NCBI GenBank assembly: GCA_051892935.1
Contig: JBJFGS010000025.1
Span: 1 to 64,000, forward strand
DNA: 64,000 nt
Reading direction: 5' to 3'
Origin: Candidatus Coprovivens sp.
GTDB lineage: Bacteria; Bacillota_I; Bacilli_A; RF39; UBA660
This document shows positions 39,254 through 50,145 of the stretch, one piece after another (within the stretch, counting starts at the first letter, position 1; every line of letters begins with the position of its first letter). The position numbers were made by a program, and so were the translations under genes. Below the pieces are notes generated by a model. The model was given only the letters and a program-made list of their open reading frames with translations. It did no database searches and had not been told where the DNA came from.

Positions 39254-39888
39254 AAAAGAAAAACATTATAATAGCATTAGCAATAATTACAATAGCACTA
39301 ATTATTATAGGTATTGTTATGTATAACAATAATATAAAAAAATATCAAGGATATTGGTGTAAATACAACGAAATATCTACAATAGTAGTTCTTTTAGAAA
39401 AAAACAATAAAGAATCAGAACGCAATAAAATAGAAGCTAAAATAGAAACATTCTCAAATGTTACAAGTGTTGAGTTCATATCACGAGAAGACTATGCCTC
39501 AGATTTTGGGATAGATCCATCAGAAATAGACATTTATGATACATATCGAATTTCATTAAATAGTCTAGACTCAATAGGTACATACATCGAAGAATTATCA
39601 AATCTAAATGGTGTTTTAAGAGCAGAACAAAACTATGCAAAAGCTAATCTATCTTTATTTAATATAAAACCTTGGGGAAAATATACATTCACAGATTCTG
39701 ATGAAGCAACAACAGAAGAATTAGAATATGGAAAATACCAAATGAAAAAAGGCGTTCTAACATTTAAACCAGAATCAAGTAAAGGTGAAACAAAACTATT
39801 ATATACTAAGGATGGCTACTTATGTGGAGATGCCGCTTGTACACAAATATATTCAAGAAGTAATTCTACATGTACAACTATTGAATAA
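39250..39888 (+). CDS. Membrane-anchored protein containing an FtsX extracellular-domain-like module
   Basis: One TM; IVVLL.....E...IEAKI....NVTSVEFISREDY..DTYRISL.....I..L.NLNGV. Confidence 0.55.
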   Translation: MKKKNIIIALAIITIALIIIGIVMYNNNIKKYQGYWCKYNEISTIVVLLEKNNKESERNKIEAKIETFSNVTSVEFISREDYASDFGIDPSEIDIYDTYRISLNSLDSIGTYIEELSNLNGVLRAEQNYAKANLSLFNIKPWGKYTFTDSDEATTEELEYGKYQMKKGVLTFKPESSKGETKLLYTKDGYLCGDAACTQIYSRSNSTCTTIE

Positions 39889-39958
39889 AAACCAAATATT
39901 TGGTTTTTTATTTTCCTAAAATAAACTAAATAAGTTATAATATAAAAGAGGTTATTTT

Positions 39959-40474
39959 ATGAATAAAAATTATAAACCCAATATCTATATAAAAGACATC
40001 TATAGCATAAATTACAACAAACTTTTAAATAAAAATATTAATATATTACTATTCGATATAGATAACACAATTGGAGATTCAAAAGAAAAATTACCAAGTA
40101 TAAAAGCAATTAAACTATTTGAAGAGTTAAGAAATAAAGGCTTCACAATTTTCATCTTGTCAAACGCCTTAAAAGGTCGAGCAACAAAATATGGAAATCT
40201 ACTAAAAGCCAAAACATATTACTTTTCAGCTAAACCTCTTAAAAGGCAATACAAAAGAATAATAAAAGAAAATAATTTAAATAGCAAAAATATTGCTGCT
40301 ATCGGTGACCAAATATATACAGATATAAAAGGAGCAAACAACATGAATATTACAAGTATTTTAGTTGATCCTATATCTAAAAACGAATCAATAATTACAA
40401 AGATTAATCGTCTAAGAGAAAATAAATTAATAAAAAAATACCATATAATAGAAAGAGGAAACTACTATGAATAA
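39959..40474 (+). CDS. yqeG: YqeG family HAD-IIIA phosphatase
   Basis: FDIDNT, LSN, AKP and IGDQIYTDIKGAN motifs. Confidence 0.92.
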   Translation: MNKNYKPNIYIKDIYSINYNKLLNKNINILLFDIDNTIGDSKEKLPSIKAIKLFEELRNKGFTIFILSNALKGRATKYGNLLKAKTYYFSAKPLKRQYKRIIKENNLNSKNIAAIGDQIYTDIKGANNMNITSILVDPISKNESIITKINRLRENKLIKKYHIIERGNYYE

Positions 40475-41453
40475 AAAATGTATAGGATGTGGCTCAATCC
40501 TCCAAACAGAAAACCCAAAAGAAAAAGGTTATATAATAAAAGATAAAATAAAAGATTCAAAGTATTGTGAAAGATGTTTTAAAATAATACACTACAATGA
40601 AAAAATCATAACAGACTTAGAAAATATTAACGATTATATAATAAAAGAAGTAAACAAAAAAGCTAAATATGTTTATTTTCTAGTAGATTTTCTAAATATA
40701 AATAAAGAAACAATCAACGTATTTAAAAAAATAAAAGTACCCAAGTCATTAATAATAAGTAAACTAGATATAATACCTAAATCAATTAAAAAAAATAAAA
40801 TAACAACTTGGTTAAAAGAAGAATATGGTATCAAAGAAGAAATACTATTCCAAAGTTCTAAAAAAAATATAAATACTAAATCTTTATTAGCAAATTTAGA
40901 ATCTAAAAATATTAAAGAAGTCTATATTCTAGGATTTACAAACGCTGGTAAATCAACATTAATAAATAATTTAACTAGTGCAACAAACGAAAATAAAATA
41001 ACTACTAGTTCAATACCAAATACAACAATAGATTTTATTAATATAAAACTAGACAATATTACTATCATAGATTCTCCAGGGTTCACAAGCAATAACACCT
41101 TTTATGAACCTAATGAATTTGATTTAATAAAAAGAATAATGCCCCGTACATTTTTAAAACCAATTACATATCAAGTTAAACCAATATCATCAATTCTTAT
41201 CGAAGATAAATTAAGAATAACATCATCCATAAATAATAGTTTAACATTCTATATAAGCAATGATATTAAAGTTAATAGAGTTTTTAATAATAACAAAGAC
41301 TTATTAGGTTTAGAAAAAATAACTATTGAAGTACCAAATAACTCTGATTTAGTAATTAAATCACTTGGATTTATAAATGTTAAAAAAGCTTGTAAAATAA
41401 CGATTAATACTTCTAAAAAAGACTTAATAGAAGTAAGAAAATCACTATTCTAG
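40467..41453 (+). CDS. yqeH: Ribosome biogenesis GTPase YqeH
   Basis: CIGCG..CERCF zinc finger; GFTNAGKST, PNTT and DSPG motifs. Confidence 0.93.
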   Translation: MNKKCIGCGSILQTENPKEKGYIIKDKIKDSKYCERCFKIIHYNEKIITDLENINDYIIKEVNKKAKYVYFLVDFLNINKETINVFKKIKVPKSLIISKLDIIPKSIKKNKITTWLKEEYGIKEEILFQSSKKNINTKSLLANLESKNIKEVYILGFTNAGKSTLINNLTSATNENKITTSSIPNTTIDFINIKLDNITIIDSPGFTSNNTFYEPNEFDLIKRIMPRTFLKPITYQVKPISSILIEDKLRITSSINNSLTFYISNDIKVNRVFNNNKDLLGLEKITIEVPNNSDLVIKSLGFINVKKACKITINTSKKDLIEVRKSLF

Positions 41454-41468
41454 AAAGGAAGTAGCAAC

Positions 41469-42317
41469 ATGGAAGAATTCCAAATCGCATCAACACTATT
41501 TTGGGAGGCTTTAATAACTATCCCTATATCATTATGTGTCTTTTTTCCTATAGCTAATATAATAAATAAAGGAAAGAAAAATCAAATATTTTGTATCTTA
41601 TTTATAATAAGAATAATATACCTAATAATAGGGAATATAACACTAGGTGGAATAATGGCCATTATAGATATAATGTCAGTGTTCTTTGGACTATTAATTT
41701 TAATTCCTGCCTTGGGGTGGATAAAATATACTTTTCCAAGTAGAGAATCTGCATACAAAGAATATAATGAAGTATCTGAAATTGAACTATCAAATCATGG
41801 TATTGAAGATAGACATCTTCTAGAACAAAAACTATTAAAACTATATCAAGACTATGAAAATGCTCGCAATAATTATGACAAAACAACTTTAAAAAAAATA
41901 TGTACAGAAAAACAATATAACGAAACAATATCTAATCTAGATTTATATAGTGAAGTAAACCAAAGAAAATACAATATAATAAATGAAATAATCGATGTTA
42001 AGACAGTTGATGTATCTCATTCACTAATATATACAACCATAACACTTTTAATTAAAGTATCGATGAACTCTTATGTTGAAGATAGTATAGGTAAAATAGT
42101 AAAAGGCAAAAAAAATAGAAAAATAATAAAAAAACAACGCTTAAAATTTATTAAAAAAATAACTAAGTCTTCCACCATAACAAATAAAAAATGTGATAGT
42201 TGTGGAGCACCTATAAAAGAAAATGATTTGGAGTGCACATATTGTGGCCTAAGTACTGGCCATACAGTTAGAAGCAAAGATTGGTTAATAGAAGATATTG
42301 ATCAATTAGTAAAGTAG
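41469..42317 (+). CDS. Membrane protein with Tim44-like domain and C-terminal zinc ribbon
   Basis: Three TM segments; A...YD...LK..CT; CDSCGAP..CTYCG..DWLIEDI. Confidence 0.7.
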   Translation: MEEFQIASTLFWEALITIPISLCVFFPIANIINKGKKNQIFCILFIIRIIYLIIGNITLGGIMAIIDIMSVFFGLLILIPALGWIKYTFPSRESAYKEYNEVSEIELSNHGIEDRHLLEQKLLKLYQDYENARNNYDKTTLKKICTEKQYNETISNLDLYSEVNQRKYNIINEIIDVKTVDVSHSLIYTTITLLIKVSMNSYVEDSIGKIVKGKKNRKIIKKQRLKFIKKITKSSTITNKKCDSCGAPIKENDLECTYCGLSTGHTVRSKDWLIEDIDQLVK

Positions 42318-42326
42318 GGGACAATA

Positions 42327-44090
42327 ATGGGAAAAATTAAAGTAATGAGCGAAAATCTAGCTAACAAAATAGCAGCTGGTGAAGTAGTAGAAAAATGTGC
42401 ATCAGTTGTAAAAGAACTAGTAGAAAATAGTATAGATGCAGAATCTACATCAGTTAAAATAGATTTACTAGATGGTGGATTAAAAGAAATAAAAATAACT
42501 GATAACGGAATAGGTATGGAAAGCGAAGATGCTTTACTTGCTTTCCAAAGACACGCTACCAGTAAATTAATAAGAGAAGATGATTTATTCTTTATAAATA
42601 CCTTAGGATTCCGTGGTGAAGCCTTACCATCAATCGCCTCCGTATCTGAAGTTGATTTAATTACCTGTGCAACTGATGTAGGAACTCATATTCATATCAA
42701 AGGTGGTAAGCTTGAAATAAACGAACCATCAGATGCTAGAAAAGGAACAATAATAACAATATCTAACTTATTTTATAATACACCAGCTAGATTGAAATAT
42801 CTAAAAAGTGAACAATACGAACTAGCTAATACAGTATCATTCATCGAAAAATTATCTTTATCATACCCTGAAATAAAATTTGAACTTACCAATAACGGAA
42901 AAACAATTGTTAAAACAAGTGGTTCAAACAACCTTTTAAAAACAATTCATGAAATATATGGCTTAAACGTATCTAGTAACATGCTCGAAGTAAAAGGTTC
43001 AACTGATGATTATGATATGTATGGTTATATCTGTAAACCAGAAGTATTAAAATCAAATAGAAATCACATGATAACTATAGTAAATGGTAGAGTAGTAAGA
43101 AATAATGAACTAAATAGAGCAATTAATGATGCATATTATACATACAAACCAGATATTAAATTTCCAATAGTAGTATTAAAATTCGAAACAGATCCAACAT
43201 TAATAGATGTTAATATTCATCCAACCAAGCAAGATATAAAACTTAGTAAAGAAAATGAACTATATAATATGATAGTAGATACAATTAAAAAGAAACTATA
43301 TCAAGAATTACTAATACCAAACGCCTTAAAAGAAGAAGCAGTAATAACATTACCAAGTACTATGATAAAAAATGAAATAGTAGAAGAAAAAACTAAAGAA
43401 ATAGAAAGTAAATCATTTCAAACAGAATTAGACTTAAGTGTTAAAGAAGAACCATTCGAATATGAAACAGAAGTAAAAGAAGTAATAATAAATCCCGAAT
43501 TAAAAAAACTTGTCCTATATCCAGTAGGACTAGCACTAGGTACATACATTATTGCTCAAAATGATGAGGGAGTATATTTAATTGATCAACACGCCGCTCA
43601 AGAACGAATAAACTACGATAAATATTTAAAAGCACTAAAAGAAGAAAAAACTACAACAATAGCTCCACTATTTCCAATCAATATTGAACTTAATAGTAGT
43701 GACTATCTAACTATAAAAGAAAACATTAATATCTTAACAAATCTAGGATTTGTAATAGAAGAATTTGGTCTAAATACATTTACTATAAAAGAACACCCTA
43801 CATGGTTAAAAAATGGCTATGAAGAAGAATCAATCCATAAAATATTTGATTCTATTATAAGTATTGGTTCACGCTTCGATAGAGTAAAATTTAATGAACA
43901 TATTGCTATAACATTAGCATGTAAAATGTCCATAAAAGCAAATACTAATATAAGTCATGAAGCTCAAGAAGAAATACTAAGAGAACTTGTAAATACTGAT
44001 AATCCATACAACTGCCCTCATGGGCGTCCAACTATTATTAAATTTTCTATTTATGATTTAGAAAAAATGTTTAAAAGAGCAATGAACTAA
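42327..44090 (+). CDS. mutL: DNA mismatch repair endonuclease MutL
   Basis: NKIAAGEV, HATSK, LGFRGEAL, DQHAAQER and CPHGRP motifs. Confidence 0.98.
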   Translation: MGKIKVMSENLANKIAAGEVVEKCASVVKELVENSIDAESTSVKIDLLDGGLKEIKITDNGIGMESEDALLAFQRHATSKLIREDDLFFINTLGFRGEALPSIASVSEVDLITCATDVGTHIHIKGGKLEINEPSDARKGTIITISNLFYNTPARLKYLKSEQYELANTVSFIEKLSLSYPEIKFELTNNGKTIVKTSGSNNLLKTIHEIYGLNVSSNMLEVKGSTDDYDMYGYICKPEVLKSNRNHMITIVNGRVVRNNELNRAINDAYYTYKPDIKFPIVVLKFETDPTLIDVNIHPTKQDIKLSKENELYNMIVDTIKKKLYQELLIPNALKEEAVITLPSTMIKNEIVEEKTKEIESKSFQTELDLSVKEEPFEYETEVKEVIINPELKKLVLYPVGLALGTYIIAQNDEGVYLIDQHAAQERINYDKYLKALKEEKTTTIAPLFPINIELNSSDYLTIKENINILTNLGFVIEEFGLNTFTIKEHPTWLKNGYEEESIHKIFDSIISIGSRFDRVKFNEHIAITLACKMSIKANTNISHEAQEEILRELVNTDNPYNCPHGRPTIIKFSIYDLEKMFKRAMN

Positions 44091-44127
44091 AAAAGAACTA
44101 TTTGTGATTCACTTCCAAAAGTTCTTT

Positions 44128-44988
44128 TTATTTTATTAAATTTCTAAACTCACTAATACCTATATCATATAAATAATCATCTTCTGTAAATAAAACATCT
44201 ATAAGTCTTTTTGTAGTACAACTACCAACCAAGACCATCTCTATATATTCTAAAGTAGTTTCCTTATCTTCTAAATACCTACTAAATAATTTCATCGCAT
44301 AGTAAAAAGAATTTAAATACATAATACATTTTCTATAACAAGTTGTAAATCCTATTATATCATCATCACATATATATCTTTTATCTTTAGTTAAGTTAAT
44401 ATATAAATCTGCAATATCCTTCATTAAATATTCACGTTTCTTAAAAACAGCAAAATCATTACTTTCAAAAGCACTAATTAACTCCAATGTTATAGGAATT
44501 ACTTCTTCATCGGTATAAACTCCTCTGCATTCCAAAGGATTAAGTTCTTTTAATATATGAGAAACTTCATGTTCTAAAAAATGTACAGAAGATAAAGAAA
44601 AGTAATCAGGAAGAATAATTGAATTAGGAACCTTATAGTAAGAATCTCCATTAAAAGCGATATCTGATATAACACTGAAATCAAAATCATACATACTTAA
44701 ATGCTTTTTATACTTAATACTTGATAAAATACTATTTACAGCACCACCTACATGAACAAAACCAACTCCCTGAGTACTAAAAAAATTCTTAGTATCAGCC
44801 ATTAATTTATCAAAAGAAATATCATTATCATCAATTAAAGAATTATTATTATAATGCGAAATAATATCACGAGTAACCAAATCACTATGTTTCAATTGAG
44901 TAGAATCTAAAGGATATGGCGAAAACAAAGCAAAAGACCTAGACAACTCATCATATCTTTTCTTATTTAAAGTGTCATAATAAAGCAT
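44128..44988 (-). CDS. Hypothetical protein with HExxH metallopeptidase-like motif
   Basis: SD AGGGGG; HEVSH followed by EVIPITLE. Confidence 0.6.
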   Translation of the reverse strand: MLYYDTLNKKRYDELSRSFALFSPYPLDSTQLKHSDLVTRDIISHYNNNSLIDDNDISFDKLMADTKNFFSTQGVGFVHVGGAVNSILSSIKYKKHLSMYDFDFSVISDIAFNGDSYYKVPNSIILPDYFSLSSVHFLEHEVSHILKELNPLECRGVYTDEEVIPITLELISAFESNDFAVFKKREYLMKDIADLYINLTKDKRYICDDDIIGFTTCYRKCIMYLNSFYYAMKLFSRYLEDKETTLEYIEMVLVGSCTTKRLIDVLFTEDDYLYDIGISEFRNLIK

Positions 44989-45088
44989 AAAAATCCCCCT
45001 TAATAAGAAAATTCTATCATAAAGATAATATATAATCAAAATTACCCCTTTATTTTAAAATAAATGCTATAATAATATTAAAGGGAAG

Positions 45089-45961
45089 ATGAGTATGATT
45101 ATATGTATAGTAGGACCTACTGGAGTAGGTAAAACGAAGTTATCAATAGAACTAGCAAAAAAATATAACGCAATCATTGTAAATTGTGATGCAATGCAAG
45201 TATATAAAGACCTTAATATTGGTACTGCTAAAGTAACAGAAGAAGAAAAAGAAAACATTCCTCATTACCTTTTTGATATAAAAGAAGTAGATGAAGATTA
45301 CACAGTATTTGATTATCAAAAAGACGCTCGGAATATTATCGAAAATAACAAAGATAAAAATATTATCTTTGTAGGAGGAACCGGCTTATATTTAAAAGCA
45401 ACACTTTTTGATTATCACTTCACTGAAGAAAACACTCCTAAAAAAGATTATTCAAGATACACAAATGAAGAACTATATAAAATGGTAAAAGAAAAAGACC
45501 AAAATACTCAAATTCACCCTAATAATAGAATAAGACTAGAAAGATTCTTAAATAAAGATGATATAAGCTATTATAAACCAATTAAATTATATAATCATTA
45601 TCTTATAGGATTAACAACAGATAGAACTATCTTATATGATAGAATAAACAAAAGAGTCGATACTATGATAGAAAATGGTCTTATTGAGGAAGTAAAACAC
45701 TTTTACGACAAAAACATAAGAACCAAACCATTAATAGGTGGAATAGGGTATAAAGAATTATACGAATACTTTGATAACAAAATTACTAAAGAAGAAGCGA
45801 TAGATAAAATAAAACAAAACTCTAGAAGATATGCTAAAAGACAATATACATTCTTTAATAATCAACTAGACGTTAAATGGTTTGATGTTGACTTTAATAA
45901 CTTTAATAATACAATTAAAAATGTTATAAATTATATAGAAGATGGTGAAAAAAATGATTGA
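45089..45961 (+). CDS. miaA: tRNA dimethylallyltransferase
   Basis: GPTGVGKT, DAMQVY..IGTAK, VGGTGLY, IGYKE and YAKRQ motifs. Confidence 0.97.
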   Translation: MSMIICIVGPTGVGKTKLSIELAKKYNAIIVNCDAMQVYKDLNIGTAKVTEEEKENIPHYLFDIKEVDEDYTVFDYQKDARNIIENNKDKNIIFVGGTGLYLKATLFDYHFTEENTPKKDYSRYTNEELYKMVKEKDQNTQIHPNNRIRLERFLNKDDISYYKPIKLYNHYLIGLTTDRTILYDRINKRVDTMIENGLIEEVKHFYDKNIRTKPLIGGIGYKELYEYFDNKITKEEAIDKIKQNSRRYAKRQYTFFNNQLDVKWFDVDFNNFNNTIKNVINYIEDGEKND

Positions 45962-46709
45962 AATTAATAATGTATCAAAAAAATTTACAAAAATAATAAG
46001 TAAAAAAGAAAAAAAAGAATTCCTTGCCGATGATAATATCTCACTAATTGCCAAAGAAGGTGAAGTAGTAGGTATTCTAGGACCAAATGGAGCTGGTAAA
46101 ACAACACTTCTACGTATGATAGCTGGTATCATGACTCCTAATGAAGGAACTATAAAAATAGATAATCAAACATACAAAAATAATGCTGAAGAAATAAAAA
46201 GAAAAATATCATACTTATCAGGTAACACTAAATTATATAAAGATATTTCTCCATACGAATTGTTTAAAATGTGCTGTTCCTACTATAACGTTCCTAAAGA
46301 TATTGAAGAAAAAAGAATAAACGAAATATCAGAAAGATTTAATTTAACTGAATTACTTCATCAAAAAATTGGTAATCTTTCAACAGGTCAACTACAAAGA
46401 GTTAATATAGCTCGCTGTATAATTCATAATCCTAGTTATTACATCTTTGATGAAGCAACAAGTGGATTAGATATTATATCAAGCAAAGTAATAATCGACT
46501 TTATCAAAGAAGAAAAAAAGAATAATAAATGTATAATATATTCAACACACTATATGGAAGAGGCTGAAAACATATGTGATCGTGTAATACTAATACATCA
46601 AGGAAAAATCATCAAAGAAGGAACCCCAAAAGATATTATTAAAGAAACTAAAACAACCAACTTACGTGATGCCTTTTTCGAACTAATAGGAGGTGTTTCA
46701 AATGAATAA
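45954..46709 (+). CDS. ABC transporter ATPase (NatA-like)
   Basis: GPNGAGKT, LSTGQ, FDEATSGLD and STH motifs. Confidence 0.88.
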   Translation: MIEINNVSKKFTKIISKKEKKEFLADDNISLIAKEGEVVGILGPNGAGKTTLLRMIAGIMTPNEGTIKIDNQTYKNNAEEIKRKISYLSGNTKLYKDISPYELFKMCCSYYNVPKDIEEKRINEISERFNLTELLHQKIGNLSTGQLQRVNIARCIIHNPSYYIFDEATSGLDIISSKVIIDFIKEEKKNNKCIIYSTHYMEEAENICDRVILIHQGKIIKEGTPKDIIKETKTTNLRDAFFELIGGVSNE

Positions 46710-47850
46710 TATACTAGTAACTATAAAGAAAGAATTAAGAAGTATTCTAAGAGATAAAAAAACTATTGCCGTATTATTTATATACCCAATTATGATTCCT
46801 CTAATGGTCATATTATATGGTAATATATACGAAAACTTAGATACCGAAGTATCTGAATATACAATAGGTATTAATTATGAACCAAATGAGCAAGAAAAAA
46901 TTATACTAGATGAACTTCATTTAAATTATCAAATAAAAGAAAATACAGATGAACTAAAAGAATTATATAAAGAAAAAGAAATAACTGGATATATAGAATA
47001 TCAAGATTCTACAAACAACTATAATCTTTATATAGACACAAGTAATACAGCAGGAATTACAACAGCGGAATTAATATATGAATATCTAGATAGTTATAGC
47101 ACACTTATTACTAATAATTATCTTGTAAATGAAGGAATAGATCTAGAAAAAGCATATAACAACTTTACAATTTCAGAAAATGAAATAAGTAGTAACAATT
47201 ATGTTGTAGTCATATTACTTAGCATATCTATTACTTATATAATACTATCTATATGTATTTCAACAAGTAATATGGCTATTCAAACAACAGCAACAGAAAA
47301 AGAAAATGGTACTTTAGAAACAATCTTAACATTCCCAATTAAAAAGACTGAATTAATAGTTGGAAAATACTTATCATCAGTAATAATAGGTTTATCTAGT
47401 GCTTTATGTAGTCTAATGTTTATGGTTATTAGTTTCTATATTGGAAAAAATCAATATACAATATTTGAAAATTTAAACATTTCACTATCATTAAAAACAA
47501 TAATCGGAAGCATTATTATAGCAACCGCAGCATCAATCTTTATCGGAGGAATATCTTTACTATTAACTGCATCAGCTAAGTCATATAAAGAAGCCCAAGG
47601 TCAAAGCAGTTTAATAACATTAATAGCAACAATTCCGATGTTTGTTCAATTACTAGAAATAGATATTACAAAAGTATATTATATGATACCAATATGTAAT
47701 ATGACCCAAGTATTAAATGATTTATTTACTAATAATATAAATATAATAAATATTCTTATTACAACAATTTCAACACTATGTTATACAATAATCGTAATAA
47801 TCTATATTGTAAAAAGTTACAATAGTGAAAAAATCTTATTTTCAAACTAA
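46702..47850 (+). CDS. ABC-2 permease (NatB-like)
   Basis: KKELRSILRDKK, EKENGTLE and AKSYKEAQ motifs. Confidence 0.85.
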   Translation: MNNILVTIKKELRSILRDKKTIAVLFIYPIMIPLMVILYGNIYENLDTEVSEYTIGINYEPNEQEKIILDELHLNYQIKENTDELKELYKEKEITGYIEYQDSTNNYNLYIDTSNTAGITTAELIYEYLDSYSTLITNNYLVNEGIDLEKAYNNFTISENEISSNNYVVVILLSISITYIILSICISTSNMAIQTTATEKENGTLETILTFPIKKTELIVGKYLSSVIIGLSSALCSLMFMVISFYIGKNQYTIFENLNISLSLKTIIGSIIIATAASIFIGGISLLLTASAKSYKEAQGQSSLITLIATIPMFVQLLEIDITKVYYMIPICNMTQVLNDLFTNNINIINILITTISTLCYTIIVIIYIVKSYNSEKILFSN

Positions 47851-47873
47851 AAAGAACTCATAGAGTTCTTTTT

Positions 47874-48794
47874 TTAATTCTTAAATTCTAAATAAAAATC
47901 AGCATCAAAAACATGTTCATTTTCTTTTTTATCTAATCTTAATAATTCTTCTGTATCTATTAAGAAATAAGTATGATCTAAAATATCTTTACCATTCAAA
48001 GTAACAGGATCATCCCAAGTTAAATCTAAGTGTAGCCACTTTCCATTAACAAAAACAGCGTTCCAAATATGATTACTACTAGCAATCTTAAAATTCTTAA
48101 TTCCTAACTTTTCTAACATAACAGCCATCGTATCCGTATAACCACTACAAACGGCATAATGTTCAAATAATAGACCAGTCATTCTCGAAGAATCATATAT
48201 ACTATCATCAGTTTCTTCACGCGTCTTATCATATTTAGTATTATTTATAATATAATTATGTAAAGTCTTTATTATTTCTACCTCATTCATATTAGAAGAA
48301 ATATTATTAGAAATAATTCTATTTATCTCATTATCTATTCTTACAATTTCTTCACTAGTATAAACATATTTAACATTAACCGTAATTTCACCAGTATCGT
48401 CATATAAAGTTTTTATAGTAGAATAACTATTATAAGGATGAACATAATTATTAATTTCCGATAATAAAACCTCATCATAACTAATTAAAGATACATCATT
48501 TAAACATTCAGCATATTCAACAGGACAATAAAAAGTAAAAGTTTCCCAACCCTGATTTAAAATACTATAAAAAATATTCACTAAATCTTCATAACTATAA
48601 GGGACATAAGTTGTTACTTGTTTTACTTTTATAAAATCACCATCTTTTTGATAACCATTCCCTGGATATATAACAACTTCTCTTTCTTTAAATAGATCAT
48701 CTAATCTATCAATAATAACATCTCTATTAATAAAGATAACACCTACAATAATAATAGTAACTAAAAAAGAAATAAGTTTCTTTATCTTTATCAT
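47874..48794 (-). CDS. Membrane-anchored transglutaminase-like domain protein
   Basis: AVCSGY, HIWNAV and HLDLTWDDP Cys-His-Asp triad. Confidence 0.85.
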   Translation of the reverse strand: MIKIKKLISFLVTIIIVGVIFINRDVIIDRLDDLFKEREVVIYPGNGYQKDGDFIKVKQVTTYVPYSYEDLVNIFYSILNQGWETFTFYCPVEYAECLNDVSLISYDEVLLSEINNYVHPYNSYSTIKTLYDDTGEITVNVKYVYTSEEIVRIDNEINRIISNNISSNMNEVEIIKTLHNYIINNTKYDKTREETDDSIYDSSRMTGLLFEHYAVCSGYTDTMAVMLEKLGIKNFKIASSNHIWNAVFVNGKWLHLDLTWDDPVTLNGKDILDHTYFLIDTEELLRLDKKENEHVFDADFYLEFKN

Positions 48795-48844
48795 ATAATC
48801 ACCATAGATTAATTATATCATAACAAAAAAAAAATGAAGTAAAA

Positions 48845-49108
48845 TTACTTCATGTCTTTAACTTTTTTATTTAATCTTGATTTTTCTCTATCAGCAGCAT
48901 TCTTTTTCATAACGCCTTTGCTAACAGCTTTATCAATGTTCTTTTGTACTTTTTTAACAGCTTCAGTAGCAGCGGCTACATCTTTAGCAGCTATAGCTTT
49001 TTCGCATTCTTTAATAGTATTTTTTACTCTAGCTTTATAATCATGATTAGCTTCTGTCTTCTTTGCTATAACTTTGATTGCTTTTTTAGAACTCTTAATA
49101 TTAGCCAT
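48845..49108 (-). CDS. rpsT: 30S ribosomal protein S20
   Basis: MANIKSSKK..IDKAVSKG..KNAADREKSRL; true start 49108 after GGAAGGAG. Confidence 0.97.
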   Translation of the reverse strand: MANIKSSKKAIKVIAKKTEANHDYKARVKNTIKECEKAIAAKDVAAATEAVKKVQKNIDKAVSKGVMKKNAADREKSRLNKKVKDMK

Positions 49109-49239
49109 CTTCGTCGCTCCTTCCCTTGAATACAAATAGAATTATACTAAATTATCAAGATAAATGCAAGCAAAAGTAAAAAAATCGACTTAATTTTAAA
49201 GAACATTTTCTTATACTCATCAAGAGGGAGAAATAATTT

Positions 49240-50145
49240 ATGAAAAAAAGATTTAAATCTCGTAAATTAAAGAAACTAAATATTATTAAATTATCTTTAA
49301 TAATCATTGTATTTATAATATCATTATATATTTCATATAATATACTTTACTACACATATTTATCAAAACTATCTAATTATGAAATAATAACTCACATTAT
49401 AGAAAATACTAAGAATACTAAATATGAAGGAACGCTAATCGATAATTACTTAAATCCCAAAAATATAATAAGCAACAATTTTAAAATAAAAGAGAATAAT
49501 TCAATTCCTGTAGATAGTAAAGTAAATAAAGATTCTATTATTTACATATATAGTACTCATGAAGGAGAATCATACCAAGATAAATATTTAGAACTATACA
49601 ATATAAGACCAACAGTCAAAACAATGTCTTTAATTCTTCAAGATTATCTAAATGATTATGGTATTTCTACAATAGTAGAGAATGATAGTATAACTGATAT
49701 TTTAAAAGAAAATAACTGGTCCTACAAATATAGCTATGATGCATCAAGAACACTCATAAAAAAAGTATTAGAAGAAAATACATCTTTAAAGCTAGTAATA
49801 GATTTACATCGTGATTCATCAAAATTAGAAAAAACTCTATTAGAATATAATAATAAAAAATATGCCAAAATACTTTTTGTCGTAGGCAAAGAACATAACG
49901 GATATGAAAAGAATTATCAGCTAGCAGAGCAATTAAAAAATATGTTAGAAGAAGAAATACCTGGTATAACAAGAGGAATAAGTTTAAAAAGTGGTCCAGG
50001 AGTTAATGGTATATATAATCAAGACCTAAGTCCTAAATGTATCTTAATCGAATTAGGAGGTCAATATAACGAAATAGAAGAGTTAAATAACTCAATAGAA
50101 ATATTATCAAAAGTATTCTTAAAATACATAGAAGGTGATATATGA
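49240..50145 (+). CDS. spoIIP: Stage II sporulation protein P (amidase)
   Basis: IYIYSTHEGESY, SYDASR, IDLHRD, YNQDL and LIELGG..N motifs; divergent from rpsT. Confidence 0.92.
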   Translation: MKKRFKSRKLKKLNIIKLSLIIIVFIISLYISYNILYYTYLSKLSNYEIITHIIENTKNTKYEGTLIDNYLNPKNIISNNFKIKENNSIPVDSKVNKDSIIYIYSTHEGESYQDKYLELYNIRPTVKTMSLILQDYLNDYGISTIVENDSITDILKENNWSYKYSYDASRTLIKKVLEENTSLKLVIDLHRDSSKLEKTLLEYNNKKYAKILFVVGKEHNGYEKNYQLAEQLKNMLEEEIPGITRGISLKSGPGVNGIYNQDLSPKCILIELGGQYNEIEELNNSIEILSKVFLKYIEGDI

